Shown here: positions 43,513-53,522 of the stretch, piece by piece
How positions within the stretch are numbered: position 1 is the first letter of the stretch
How the letters are laid out: the number at the start of each line of letters is the position of its first letter
Assembly: GCA_014874475.1 (NCBI GenBank)
Contig: JADBJJ010000023.1
Coordinates: forward strand, 391,836-455,835
DNA length: 64,000 nucleotides
Origin: Chloroflexota bacterium
GTDB lineage: Bacteria; Chloroflexota; Anaerolineae; B4-G1; DUEL01
Direction: 5' to 3'
Notes under the pieces: model-generated
Seen by the model: only the letters and a program-made list of their open reading frames with translations
The model's database searches: none
What the model was told of the DNA's origin: nothing
Program-made: the position numbers and the translations under genes

Positions 43513-44070
43513 ATGATCCGGGATTTGCTTCGTGAGACCGAAGACCGTATGAAAAAGACCCTGGAGGTCTTGGAGGCGGATTTCCGGGCCATCCGCACTG
43601 GCCGGGCCAGCCCAGCCCTGGTGGAGCGGGTGATCGTGGACTACTACGGTGTTCCCACTCCCCTCAACCAATTGGCCGTCATCAGCGCGCCGGAGCCGCA
43701 ACTCCTCACTATCCGCCCGTATGATCCCTCCTCGCTGGGAGACATAGAGCGGGCTATCTTGAAATCCGACCTGGGCCTTACCCCTTCCAACGATGGCCGC
43801 ATCATCCGCCTGGTCATCCCTCCGCTGACGGAACAGCGTCGGACAGAACTGGCGCGTATGGTCAGCCGACGCGTGGAAGAAGCCAAAGTGGCCTTGCGCA
43901 ACATCCGTCGGGAAGCCCTGGATGACTTACGGGAGTTTGAGAAGGAGAAATTGATCTCGGAGGATGAGTTCTACCAGGCTCGCGACGAACTCCAGGAACT
44001 GACCGACAAATATACGGAGCGGGCAGAGGAAATCGGCGAACGGAAGACCCGGGAAGTGATGGAAATTTGA
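43513..44070 (+). CDS. frr: ribosome recycling factor
   Basis: It is a 185-aa protein with the RRF motifs ...FRAIRTGRASPALVERV...LTEQRRTELARMV.... Confidence 0.95.
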   Translation: MIRDLLRETEDRMKKTLEVLEADFRAIRTGRASPALVERVIVDYYGVPTPLNQLAVISAPEPQLLTIRPYDPSSLGDIERAILKSDLGLTPSNDGRIIRLVIPPLTEQRRTELARMVSRRVEEAKVALRNIRREALDDLREFEKEKLISEDEFYQARDELQELTDKYTERAEEIGERKTREVMEI

Positions 44071-44223
44071 TGGTATTTGTCCTTCTGCATGTCGGCAACC
44101 TGCAGGGGACAAAGTCTTTTGCCGAAAGGGCAGAATGGTGGTATAATATTTCTACACTTGGTATCTGTTGATTCACCGTCTCACCCGCATCGTTCCAGAG
44201 GCGCCGTCTCCGATTCCGCCCCA

Positions 44224-44976
44224 ATGACTCAACCGAAAGAGGAAAAAGTATACTCTCCACTGGAGAAAGTTCCCGTCCATGTCGGCATCATCATGGACGG
44301 AAATGGCCGATGGGCCCAGACCAGAGGGCTGCCGCGCCTGGCCGGTCATCGTGCGGGAACGGAGAATCTCCGCCGCATCCTGCGCGCTGCTGGGGAATTT
44401 GGCGTCCGCATCCTCACCATCTACGCCTTCTCCACCGAAAACTGGGAACGCCCCCAGGATGAGGTGGAAGGTCTGCTGAACATTATGGAGCAGATGATTG
44501 ACCGGGAACTCCCCGAACTCCACCGAGAAGGAGTCCAGATTCGCCATATCGGGCGGCTGGAACGGGTGCCTGCCCGCCTGGCCGCCAAAATCCGTCAGGC
44601 GCTGGACCTGACACGGGACAACCAGCGGCTCATCCTGAACGTCGCCTTTAACTACGGTGGACGGGCCGAGATCGCGGACGCGGTTCGTCGCATCATCCAG
44701 GATAGTATCCCTCCCGAAGCAGTGGACGAAGACCTCGTCTCTCGCTACCTGTACACCGCTGGCCTACCCGACCCCGACCTGATCATCCGGACCAGCGGAG
44801 AGATGCGGGTGAGCAACTTCCTCATCTGGCAGGGCGCCTACGCCGAATACTACGTCACCCCGGTCTACTGGCCTGATTTTGATAAGGACGAATTCTATAA
44901 AGCCCTGGCCGAGTATGCCCGGCGCGAGCGCCGCTTTGGCCGCATTCTCGCTCATGGAGAATCCCAGAGGGGTTGA
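44224..44976 (+). CDS. uppS: undecaprenyl diphosphate synthase (cis-prenyltransferase)
   Basis: The internal ATG at 44224 gives MTQPKEEKV...[13 protein letters not shown]...[13 protein letters not shown]...[15 protein letters not shown], with the UPPS signature motifs. The listed ORF starts 49 codons earlier. Confidence 0.9.
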   Translation: MTQPKEEKVYSPLEKVPVHVGIIMDGNGRWAQTRGLPRLAGHRAGTENLRRILRAAGEFGVRILTIYAFSTENWERPQDEVEGLLNIMEQMIDRELPELHREGVQIRHIGRLERVPARLAAKIRQALDLTRDNQRLILNVAFNYGGRAEIADAVRRIIQDSIPPEAVDEDLVSRYLYTAGLPDPDLIIRTSGEMRVSNFLIWQGAYAEYYVTPVYWPDFDKDEFYKALAEYARRERRFGRILAHGESQRG

Positions 44977-45031
44977 CCCGGCGACGGCCTGATTTGCCAA
45001 TTCCCTATTCCCGGCGGAGTTATCCTTCCAC

Positions 45032-45835
45032 GTGTTGCGCACCCGTCTGTTCACGGCCCTGATCGCCCTTCCCGTTATTGTCGCCCTGACTAAGATAGGG
45101 GGTATCGGGTTCTTCGCCCTTGTCCTCGTCGTACTGACCGTGGCGGTGGTGGAATTCTGCCACCTTATGGAAAAGGACCGCTTCCGTCCCGCCCTGCCCT
45201 GGGCGTTGCTCCTCCTGTGGGTGCTGCTGCTGGATGCCCAGTTCCCCGGATGGGGGCTCTTTGGCCCCGGTCTCTCCCTGGCCCTGCTGGGTTCTCTGGC
45301 CTGGCAACTGGGTCATCGGCAAGGCAAACCGGTGGCCGATTGGTCGCTGACAGTGGTCGGGGCTCTCTATGTGGGTTGGTGTGGTTGGCATCTCATCCGC
45401 CTGCGGAACATGCCCGATGGCCTCTGGTGGGTGATGACCGTCCTGCCTGCCGTCTGGTTCGCAGACAGCGGTGCCTATCTGGTGGGCTGCACCTGGGGCC
45501 GCCACAAAATGGCCCCGACTCTGAGCCCGGGCAAGACATGGGAGGGCTACATCGGGGGGATCGTTATTGGTACTCTCCTGACAGCAGGACTGGCAGCCCT
45601 CTGGGACCTGGCTGCCAGCCCCAGCGGCCCCCGGGCCATAGATGGCGCCGGGATCGGCCTGCTGGTGGCGGTTCTCTCTCCGCTGGGTGACCTGGCCATC
45701 TCTATGATGAAACGCCAGGTGGGTGCTAAAGATAGCGGCACCCTGTTTCCTGGCCACGGCGGCGCGCTGGACCGGATAGATAGCATCCTCTGGGCCACCA
45801 TCCTGGGCTATTATTTTATCATCTGGACCCGATGA
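45032..45835 (+). CDS. cdsA: phosphatidate cytidylyltransferase (CDP-diglyceride synthase)
   Basis: It is a multipass membrane protein with the CdsA C-terminal signature ...SDSGAYLVGCTWGRHKMAPTLSPGKTWEG...GGALDRIDS.... The start is a GTG. Confidence 0.9.
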   Translation: MLRTRLFTALIALPVIVALTKIGGIGFFALVLVVLTVAVVEFCHLMEKDRFRPALPWALLLLWVLLLDAQFPGWGLFGPGLSLALLGSLAWQLGHRQGKPVADWSLTVVGALYVGWCGWHLIRLRNMPDGLWWVMTVLPAVWFADSGAYLVGCTWGRHKMAPTLSPGKTWEGYIGGIVIGTLLTAGLAALWDLAASPSGPRAIDGAGIGLLVAVLSPLGDLAISMMKRQVGAKDSGTLFPGHGGALDRIDSILWATILGYYFIIWTR

Positions 45836-45869
45836 AAACCATATCCCCCCTTCTGAAGGAGGTCCCTCT

Positions 45870-46274
45870 ATGGTTGAACGTCGAGTTAGGGATATCTACC
45901 ACAAAGGCGTCATCTTCTGCAAGCCGGACACGCCCCTCCAGGAGGTGGTACGGGTGATGGCGGATACCGATATCCACGCCATCATCGTCGCCGAGGGTGA
46001 GGGGAAACGGCCTTTAGGTGTCGTCTCCCATACGGACGCCATTGCTCACTACGGAGAGGATCTGAGCCAAATTCGCGCCGCCCAGGTGATGACCCAGGGC
46101 GTTATCACTATCTCCAAAGACGCGCTGGTCGCCGAGGCGGCGCGCAAAATGCTGGAGAGCCGCATCCACCGCCTGCTGGTCGTGGATGAGGATGGCACCC
46201 CCCTAGGTATTCTCTCCACGACCGACATTATCCGCGATATGCGCGGCTCCAAGTGGGTCTGGTATATGGGGTGA
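45870..46274 (+). CDS. CBS-pair domain protein
   Basis: It contains two CBS motifs (...DIHAIIVAE... and ...[25 protein letters not shown]). Confidence 0.85.
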   Translation: MVERRVRDIYHKGVIFCKPDTPLQEVVRVMADTDIHAIIVAEGEGKRPLGVVSHTDAIAHYGEDLSQIRAAQVMTQGVITISKDALVAEAARKMLESRIHRLLVVDEDGTPLGILSTTDIIRDMRGSKWVWYMG

Positions 46275-46278
46275 TCCG

Positions 46279-47295
46279 ATGCCTGAGGAAATCATCACCA
46301 TAGAACGGCACATCTTAGAGCAGGAACGGGCCTACCCGGAGGCCACTGGCGTCTTCACCAGCCTCCTCTACGACATCGCACTGGCGGCCAAGATTATTGC
46401 CCGCGAAACCTCCCGCGCCGGTCTGGTCCAGATTCTCGGCCTGGCAGGAAAGACCAACATCCAGGGCGAAGCACAGATGAAACTGGACGTCTTCGCCAAC
46501 CAGACGATTATCCGTATGAACTTCTATACGGGCCGGTTGGCAGTGATGGCTTCCGAGGAGGAGCCAGATATTATCCCTATCCCCGAGGGCTATCCCACGG
46601 GCCGCTACGTTCTAGTCTTTGACCCTCTGGACGGCTCATCCAACATCGATGCGAACGCCAGCATTGGAACAATTTTTGGCATTTACCGCCGCCGCACTTC
46701 CGCCGGTCCAGGAACAGTGGAAGATTGCCTCCAGCCAGGGCGGGCCCTGGCTGCTGCCGGTTACATTATTTATGGCTCCAGCACAATGATGGTATATACG
46801 ACCGGCAATGGGGTACATGGTTTCACCCTGGACCCCAGTGTGGGAGAGTTTCTGCTCTCCTACCCGAATATCCGCATCCCGGCAGAACCCAAATACTACA
46901 GCACGAATCAGGGCAACGAGAAGTACTGGAGCGAGGGCGTGCGGCGATTTACCCGCTGGCTGCAGGGTATGGATGAGGAGAACCCCCGCAAGCCGCTTTC
47001 TGGCCGTTATATCGGTTCGCTGGTTGCCGACTTCCACCGCAATCTGCTGGAAGGAGGGATCTTCTATTATCCTCTGGACTACAAGGACCCCAGCAATCCC
47101 AAAGGGAAACTGCGTCTCCTCTATGAAGCCGGCCCGCTGGCTTTCATCGCCGAACATGCTGGAGGATACGCTTCCGACGGGCAGCGCTCCATCCTGGATA
47201 TCGTCCCCGACATACTTCACCAGAGGACGGCCCTCTTCATCGGCAACCGGGACCTGGTAGAGATGGCAGAACGGTTCATCGCCCGCTACGGATGA
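46279..47295 (+). CDS. fbp: fructose-1,6-bisphosphatase class I
   Basis: The translation contains ...[10 protein letters not shown]...GTIFGIY... and metal-binding motifs consistent with class I FBPase, and is 338 aa long. Confidence 0.9.
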   Translation: MPEEIITIERHILEQERAYPEATGVFTSLLYDIALAAKIIARETSRAGLVQILGLAGKTNIQGEAQMKLDVFANQTIIRMNFYTGRLAVMASEEEPDIIPIPEGYPTGRYVLVFDPLDGSSNIDANASIGTIFGIYRRRTSAGPGTVEDCLQPGRALAAAGYIIYGSSTMMVYTTGNGVHGFTLDPSVGEFLLSYPNIRIPAEPKYYSTNQGNEKYWSEGVRRFTRWLQGMDEENPRKPLSGRYIGSLVADFHRNLLEGGIFYYPLDYKDPSNPKGKLRLLYEAGPLAFIAEHAGGYASDGQRSILDIVPDILHQRTALFIGNRDLVEMAERFIARYG

Positions 47296-47558
47296 CTGAG
47301 GCAACATATCTTTGCCTCGCGGCGATCGGGCAATCTCCTGAGTGCTGCTGACAATATAGCGCTGTTGGCTCAGGGGCAAAGTTTGTGCTGGCACAGGATG
47401 GGGCCTTGAGCATCCCTCATCCCCCGGGCCCCCTTCTCCCCCGCCACGGCGGAAGAGAAGGGGAAAAAGAGAGGGTAAGCGGCGGTGAATATTCAGCAAC
47501 CCTCTATGGAGAGACGACCGACCATCGCCGCCGGGGCAAAAATATCAGGAGGTAGGAT

Positions 47559-48935
47559 ATGGAAGAAGTAATGATAAAAATGGAAGAAGAGGCTACTCCC
47601 CCCCGACCGGATGAAACCACGCGAGAGATCGTCCCGGGAGTGCCAGCCGAGATGCTGGAGATGGGGACTCTGGAGGAGTGGACCCTCTCCGATCTTCGGG
47701 AGTTGGCCCGCAAGATGGGCGTCTCCGGGTACACCCGGCTGAAGAAGGAGGACCTGATCCTGCGCATCCTTCAGGCAAAGGCCGAGCGAGAAGGGCTGAC
47801 CTTCCGGGGAGGTGTGCTGGAGATTATCCCTGACGAGGGGGTAGGTTTCTTGCGGGGGCCCAATTATCTCCCCAGCCCAGAGGACGTCTATGTCTCTCAA
47901 TCCCAGATTCGGCGCTTCGGCCTGCGCAACGGCGACCTGGTCATCGGGCAAGTCCGGCCACCCAAAGAGACCGAACGGTGGTACAGTCTGTTGCGGGTGG
48001 AAACGGTCAACGGAATGGATCCGGAACAGGCCAAATTGCGCCCCCGCTTTGAGAAACTGACCCCCATCTTCCCGACCCGCCGGCTCATCATTGAGACCGA
48101 CCGGCACAACCTGACCACCCGGTTGCTCAGTCTCATTGCGCCCATCGGGAAAGGGCAGCGGGGCCTCATCGTCTCGCCTCCCAAGGCCGGGAAGACCACC
48201 GTCCTCAAGCATATTGCCAACGGCATCAGCGCCAGCCACCCGGAGGTTCACCTGATGGTTGTCCTCATCGGTGAACGGCCAGAGGAGGTGACCGATATGG
48301 ACCGATCGGTGGAGGCGGAGGTGATCAGTTCCACCTTTGATGAACCGGTCCAGAACCACACTAAGGTGGCCGAGATGGCGCTGGAGCGGGCCAAGCGGCT
48401 GGTGGAGTGCAAAAAGGATGTGGTCATCCTGCTGGATAGCATCACCCGGCTGGCACGGGCATACAACCTGGTCGTTCAGCCCAGTGGGCGTACCCTCTCC
48501 GGCGGTCTGGACCCGGCGGCCCTCTACCCGCCCAAGAGTTTCTTCGGCGCGGCCCGGAACCTGGAAGAGGGCGGCAGTCTCACCATCATCGCTACCTGTC
48601 TGGTGGACACCGGCAGCCGTATGGATGATATGATTTACGAAGAGTTCAAAGGGACCGGCAACATGGAACTCCACCTCAGCCGACGGCTGCAGGAACGGCG
48701 CATCTTCCCCGCCTTTGACATTGAACGGTCTGGCACCCGCCGGGAGGAGTTACTCCTGGACCAGGAGACGCTGCAAAGGGTCTGGCTGATGCGCAAGATG
48801 ATCGCCCAAATGGTGGCCCCGCCGCCATCCGGAGCCGGGTACGACCTGACGATGGTGGCTGAATCGGTGCTGCAGCACCTGGCCCGCACGCGCAACAACC
48901 GGGAATTTCTGGAAACGCTGAAAGAAGCAATGTAG
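47559..48935 (+). CDS. rho: transcription termination factor Rho
   Basis: It has an N-terminal insertion and S1-like RNA-binding region, a Walker A motif ([15 protein letters not shown]), and the Q- and R-loops (...[15 protein letters not shown]...). Confidence 0.95.
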   Translation: MEEVMIKMEEEATPPRPDETTREIVPGVPAEMLEMGTLEEWTLSDLRELARKMGVSGYTRLKKEDLILRILQAKAEREGLTFRGGVLEIIPDEGVGFLRGPNYLPSPEDVYVSQSQIRRFGLRNGDLVIGQVRPPKETERWYSLLRVETVNGMDPEQAKLRPRFEKLTPIFPTRRLIIETDRHNLTTRLLSLIAPIGKGQRGLIVSPPKAGKTTVLKHIANGISASHPEVHLMVVLIGERPEEVTDMDRSVEAEVISSTFDEPVQNHTKVAEMALERAKRLVECKKDVVILLDSITRLARAYNLVVQPSGRTLSGGLDPAALYPPKSFFGAARNLEEGGSLTIIATCLVDTGSRMDDMIYEEFKGTGNMELHLSRRLQERRIFPAFDIERSGTRREELLLDQETLQRVWLMRKMIAQMVAPPPSGAGYDLTMVAESVLQHLARTRNNREFLETLKEAM

Positions 48936-48947
48936 AGTGGCGTGAGA

Positions 48948-49712
48948 TTAATCCTGGGCCACGGTGTTCAACCACTCCTGCACTATGAGTGCCACCCGGT
49001 CCGGTCTCTCCAGCATCACCATATGACCGGTTCTCTCAACCAGGACAAACAGCGCCCCAGGCATGCGCTCCGCCAGCCACTGCCCGAACTTCGGCGGCGT
49101 CATCCGATCCTCTGAGCCGGTAATCACCAGTGTTGGCGCGGTGATTTCCCCGATCCGTTCCCGGACATCAAAGCGGTCGCAGGCAGCGAAGTCCCCCCAG
49201 ACGACCTGAGGGTTCACGCGCTCCATCATCCGGCGGCCCCGGGCGACCATCACCGGGTCGGCTTCGGGGCCCCAGGCCCATTCGGTGATCAAGGCCACTG
49301 CCCTGCGCGCGTCCAGCAAAATCCCGTCCAGGAGGACCGGTGCCACGCGCAACCGCGCTCCGGTGCCCACCAGCACCAGTCCGGCAACCCGCTCGGGAGC
49401 CAGCAGGGCCGTCATCTGGGCGATAGCGCCTCCCATAGAATGCCCGACCAGCACTCCGCGCGAAATCCCCACAGCGTCCATAAAGCGGATGACGTCGGCG
49501 GCGTAGTCCTCTATGCGCTCCCGGCCTGGCCCCTCGGAGCGTCCATGCCCGGGCAGGTCTATGGCGTAGACGGTGGCCCCAGATAGGCGGCGCAGCGCGG
49601 CCGGCCAGTGGAGGTGACTCCCGCCAGCCCCATGGATCAGGATCAGAGCGGGTCCTCTCCGCCCGCTAACGGTGTAGAAAAGCGCCTGTTCCCCGATCTG
49701 AGCAAACGGCAT
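48948..49712 (-). CDS. alpha/beta-fold hydrolase
   Basis: It has the HGAGGS oxyanion motif, the nucleophile elbow GHSMGG, and a His near the C-terminus. Confidence 0.85.
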   Translation of the reverse strand: MPFAQIGEQALFYTVSGRRGPALILIHGAGGSHLHWPAALRRLSGATVYAIDLPGHGRSEGPGRERIEDYAADVIRFMDAVGISRGVLVGHSMGGAIAQMTALLAPERVAGLVLVGTGARLRVAPVLLDGILLDARRAVALITEWAWGPEADPVMVARGRRMMERVNPQVVWGDFAACDRFDVRERIGEITAPTLVITGSEDRMTPPKFGQWLAERMPGALFVLVERTGHMVMLERPDRVALIVQEWLNTVAQD

Positions 49713-49772
49713 GGCTCCTCCCTTAAGATAGAACCATAGAACATCCCCGGCACTCTGGAAGTGCCGGGTACG

Positions 49773-50363
49773 TCATTCCTGATTTCTGCATCCGGCCCGG
49801 AAGGCGGCCAGATTCCGCTCCGGGTCCCGAGGCCAACGGCGCTGGATGGCTTCTTCCACCGCTATGGCGGGCAAGATGTCCCCCAGGCGAGTACGACCAA
49901 CCGCTGCCCCCAGCACAAACAGGTTGGCCGGCAGACCCGAGGGCAGTGTATCCGGGGGGAGGTAGATATCGCGTCCCTCCGCCGCGCGCACCTGCTCCAG
50001 CACCACTTCCAGCGCCGGATACGCCGCCTTCCCCAGCATAACGGCTGTTGGAAGCCAGCGTTCCCCGAAGAGCAGGAACTCCCCGCCGGGCCGCAGGACA
50101 CGCACCGCTCGCAACGCCTCTGAGACCTCCATCGCGATGACCAGGTCGGCTCCCTGGGGCGGGATATTCGGCCCCACTGCGGACCGTCCCAGCCGCAACT
50201 GGGCCTTGACCAGACCACCCCGCTGGGCCATGCCTTTGTAGGGGTAGAAGCAAGCCGGAAGGTCAAGGGCCAGAGCCGCCTCTGCAATCACCTCTCCGAT
50301 GGTCAGGAGCCCCTGACCACCGACACCGATGAGAAAGATATCCAGACTCTTTTCGGTTTTCAT
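49773..50363 (-). CDS. iorB: indolepyruvate/2-oxoacid:ferredoxin oxidoreductase, beta (gamma-domain) subunit
   Basis: It resembles POR-gamma/IorB (IGVGGQGLLT...). Its start overlaps the iorA stop. Confidence 0.8.
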   Translation of the reverse strand: MKTEKSLDIFLIGVGGQGLLTIGEVIAEAALALDLPACFYPYKGMAQRGGLVKAQLRLGRSAVGPNIPPQGADLVIAMEVSEALRAVRVLRPGGEFLLFGERWLPTAVMLGKAAYPALEVVLEQVRAAEGRDIYLPPDTLPSGLPANLFVLGAAVGRTRLGDILPAIAVEEAIQRRWPRDPERNLAAFRAGCRNQE

Positions 50364-50366
50364 CGC

Positions 50367-52241
50367 CTATTCCGAGATACGGACCAGAGCGTCCCGGTTG
50401 CACACCTGAGCGCAGAGGCCGCAGCCGTAGCAGAGCGCGGAGTCAATCATCACGGCCTCTGTGCCCAGGTCTATGGCCGGGCATCCGGTGAGCATAATGC
50501 ATAATTTGCAAAGGTTACAATTCTCGGGCACGACGCGCACAGTGCCAGCCCGGTGCCCCCGCCGCTGAGCCTGGATGGCGCACTCCTGCCGGGATAGAAT
50601 GACCTTGACGCCGGGCAGCGCCAGCGCCTGCTGGATGACCGCTGTCGTCCCATCCAGGTCAAAGGGGTCCACGACGAAGAAGTGCTCCACCCCCAGCGCG
50701 GGCACCAGTTGCGCAATGTCCACCCGACGGCCTCCCGGCGGCTGGAACTCCTCATCGGTGCTGGGGTTGACCTGCATACCCGTCATTGCCGTCCAGCCAT
50801 TGTCCATAATGATCACCGTCAGGGGGACAGCGTGCTGGATAGCGTTGATGAGCGCCGGGATTCCTGCGTGGAAAAAGGTGGAGTCGCCGATGGTGGCGAT
50901 GACGGGAGTTTTCACTCCGGCGTGGACGTAGCCCTGGGCCAGGCCGATACTGGCCCCCATCGCGACCTCGTTCCAGACCGTATCAAAGGGTGGGTTCATC
51001 CCCAGGATCGTGCAGCCGATGTCCCCGGTCACCATCACCTGGTCCCGCCGGTATCCGGCCCGGCGGATGGCCCGGTTGATGGCCAGAAAAGTGCCCCGAT
51101 GGGGACAACCCGGACAGACCGTAATGGGACGGGGCGCCGCCAGCTGCTCCGCCTCCGTCTCGGCCGCGAAGAGGTCCGGGGGGATGGAGAAACCCAGCGC
51201 GGCCGCGATCCCCCGGACGACGTGGCGCACGTCGTACTCACCGACCCGTTCCAGCGTCCCGTCCAGTTTGCCCACGATGCGACCGGGAAAGCCGCGCCGG
51301 TGCGCTTCCACATAGACGCCCCGCTCTAGATGGGGCTCCAGTTCCTCCAGAACCACCACCATATCCACCTGCTGCAACAGGGCCCGGACTTCATCGGAGG
51401 GAAAAGGATGGGGGGCCCGGACGCGCAAAGTGGAAACGCTCCGGGGGTCCAGACCCCAGCGGGTTGCAATCTCTAATCCCTCCTCCAGATACGCGTTGAC
51501 CACGCCGCCAGCGATGATCCCTAATCTCGGATGAGAGTTTTTCTCCGCGATCTGGAGAGAATTCAGGCCTGCCTGTCGGAGCCATCGTCCGGCCTCTTCC
51601 AGCCGGACGATCAGGTCCCGGTGCTGCTGCATACAGATGGCCGCGCCCGCTTTGGTGAAGCGCGCGATGTCCCGCAGCAACTGGGGTTCCCGCTCCGGTA
51701 GGGGGAGGGGTTCGCCCACCTCCACCGGAGCGGAGGTGTGAGCGATCGCGGTGACCAATCGGACCAGGACCGGCGTCCCCACTGCTTCGGAAAGGTCAAA
51801 AGCCAGACGGGTGAGTTGGTACGCCTCCGCCACGGAGGAGGGGTCCAGGAGGGGAAGGTCGGCCAGAAGGGCAAACCCCCGCGAGTCCTGCTCGCACATC
51901 CCGGCGCTCACGCCGGGGTCATCGGCCACATAGATGACCAGTCCGCCAACGACGCCGGAGTAAGCGACCGAGTAAAGGGAGTCGGAAGCCACATTCAGGC
52001 CCGACATCTTCATCGTGCAGAGGGCACGCTGGCCTGCCCAGGCGGCCCCGGCGGCGATCTCCAGAGCCACCTTCTCGTTGGTGCTCCATTCCACATAGAC
52101 GCTCGGCGGCTCCATCGCCAGCAAACTCTCTATCGCGCCGGTAGAGGGGGTACCGGGATAGCCGGTGATGACGCGAGCGCCGGCATGCAGGGCACCCAGT
52201 GCAAGCGCTTCGTTGCCGGTCAGAAGTTTCCTTGAAGACAA
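50367..52241 (-). CDS. iorA: indolepyruvate ferredoxin oxidoreductase alpha subunit (TPP-dependent, two [4Fe-4S] clusters)
   Basis: It is 624 aa with TPP-binding motifs (GDSTFFHAG...) and a C-terminal motif CNLCKLCIMLTGCPA...CYGCGLCAQVCNRDA. Confidence 0.88.
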   Translation of the reverse strand: MSSRKLLTGNEALALGALHAGARVITGYPGTPSTGAIESLLAMEPPSVYVEWSTNEKVALEIAAGAAWAGQRALCTMKMSGLNVASDSLYSVAYSGVVGGLVIYVADDPGVSAGMCEQDSRGFALLADLPLLDPSSVAEAYQLTRLAFDLSEAVGTPVLVRLVTAIAHTSAPVEVGEPLPLPEREPQLLRDIARFTKAGAAICMQQHRDLIVRLEEAGRWLRQAGLNSLQIAEKNSHPRLGIIAGGVVNAYLEEGLEIATRWGLDPRSVSTLRVRAPHPFPSDEVRALLQQVDMVVVLEELEPHLERGVYVEAHRRGFPGRIVGKLDGTLERVGEYDVRHVVRGIAAALGFSIPPDLFAAETEAEQLAAPRPITVCPGCPHRGTFLAINRAIRRAGYRRDQVMVTGDIGCTILGMNPPFDTVWNEVAMGASIGLAQGYVHAGVKTPVIATIGDSTFFHAGIPALINAIQHAVPLTVIIMDNGWTAMTGMQVNPSTDEEFQPPGGRRVDIAQLVPALGVEHFFVVDPFDLDGTTAVIQQALALPGVKVILSRQECAIQAQRRGHRAGTVRVVPENCNLCKLCIMLTGCPAIDLGTEAVMIDSALCYGCGLCAQVCNRDALVRISE

Positions 52242-52597
52242 GGTTCACCTCTCTATGAAAGTTGTTCGGTAACGGCTCCATCTCAACCCAATCTCGCCTC
52301 GCTTCTCCTGGAAAGGACAGGGCCTGTCTGGATACGGTTTTGCGGCAGTGAAAGGCCGCCGCCAGGCCCCTCTCTGACGGGAACACGGCAGCAAGGGCTA
52401 TTATAGCCATGGCTGTACCCCTGTCAACAAGTGACCGAGAAAGGGCAAAATCCCGCCTGTTCCCCCTCTCCCTCTTTCGGGGGAAAGGGGTTGGGAGAGA
52501 GAGGGGGATATCACCTTTCACGGCGCAGCGCCAGAGGGTTATTCTCAGCCCCCACGACTTTCGGGGCGCACCCCAGAAAACGCCGGAGTCTTCTGGC

Positions 52598-52626
52598 TTT
52601 TCTCACAGTACAAACAATGTTATAAT
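52598..52626 (+). promoter_or_regulatory. putative extended -10 promoter of tpiA (TGTTATAAT)
   Basis: The sequence reads ttttct - 17 nt - TATAAT with a TGn element. It lies about 55 nt upstream of the tpiA ATG. Confidence 0.3.
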
Positions 52627-52681
52627 GTTCTTTCGGAATACCAGGAATTTCCCAGATTTGTTCCGAACGAGGTGAATCTCT

Positions 52682-53455
52682 ATGCGAAAACCTTTCATCG
52701 CCGGCAACTGGAAGATGCACAAAACCATCGGCGAAGCAGTTGCGCTGGTGACTGAACTGCGGGCCCTGCTGGAGGGGGTGGAGGGTATAGAAATCGCCGT
52801 CTGCCCGCCGTTCCCTGCTCTGGAGGCGGTGCGGAGGACTCTGGCCGGCTCCCCCCTCCGCGTGGGCGCGCAGAATATGCACTGGGAAGAGGCCGGTGCC
52901 TTCACTGGCGAGGTCTCCCCGCGCATGCTGGTGGACCTTTGTGACTGCGTCATCATCGGGCACTCGGAGCGGCGCACCCACTTCGGCGAGACCGACGAAA
53001 TGGTGAACCGCAAACTGCGCGCCGCCTTAGCCCACGGCCTGACCCCCATCGTCTGCGTGGGGGAAAATCTGGAGCAGAATCGGGCCGGGGAGACGGAGGC
53101 CGTCGTCGGAGCGCAGGTGCGGGCCGCCTTCGCCGGGGTGGAGGCCGAAGAGGCCCGCCAAGTCGTCATCGCCTACGAGCCCATCTGGGCCATCGGCACC
53201 GGTGTCCCCGCCTACGGCCCAGATGCCAACCGCATCGTCCGCCAGGCTATCCGTGCCGTCCTGGGCCAACTCTACGGAGAGGAGATCGCGCAAGCCATAC
53301 GGGTCCAGTACGGCGGGTCGGTCACCCCGGCCAACATCGCCGAGTTCATGCAGGAGACGGAGATTGACGGCGCGCTGGTGGGTGGCGCCAGCCTGCGCGC
53401 CGCCGACTTCGCCGCTATCGTCCGCCAGGGGCTGGCAGCCAAACAGCCAAGATGA
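52682..53455 (+). CDS. tpiA: triosephosphate isomerase
   Basis: The translation contains ...FIAGNWKMHKT...IIGHSERR...AYEPIWAIGTG...VQYGGSV..., matching TIM. Confidence 0.95.
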   Translation: MRKPFIAGNWKMHKTIGEAVALVTELRALLEGVEGIEIAVCPPFPALEAVRRTLAGSPLRVGAQNMHWEEAGAFTGEVSPRMLVDLCDCVIIGHSERRTHFGETDEMVNRKLRAALAHGLTPIVCVGENLEQNRAGETEAVVGAQVRAAFAGVEAEEARQVVIAYEPIWAIGTGVPAYGPDANRIVRQAIRAVLGQLYGEEIAQAIRVQYGGSVTPANIAEFMQETEIDGALVGGASLRAADFAAIVRQGLAAKQPR

Positions 53456-53522
53456 AGACGCGGATGGACCCGGACTAACACAGGCCTTCCGTGTTCATCC
53501 GTGTTCTATTGCTCCCGATTCT

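Noticed and set aside
52242-52681. Imperfect inverted repeat CCCTCTCCCTCTTTCGGGGGAAAGGGGTTGGGAGAGAGAGGGGG in the iorA-tpiA divergent spacer, considered as a regulatory hairpin or repeat element
   Set aside because: The pairing is imperfect and made of homopolymeric C/G tracts. No second copy exists in the window. It was left as unannotated spacer apart from the probable tpiA promoter.
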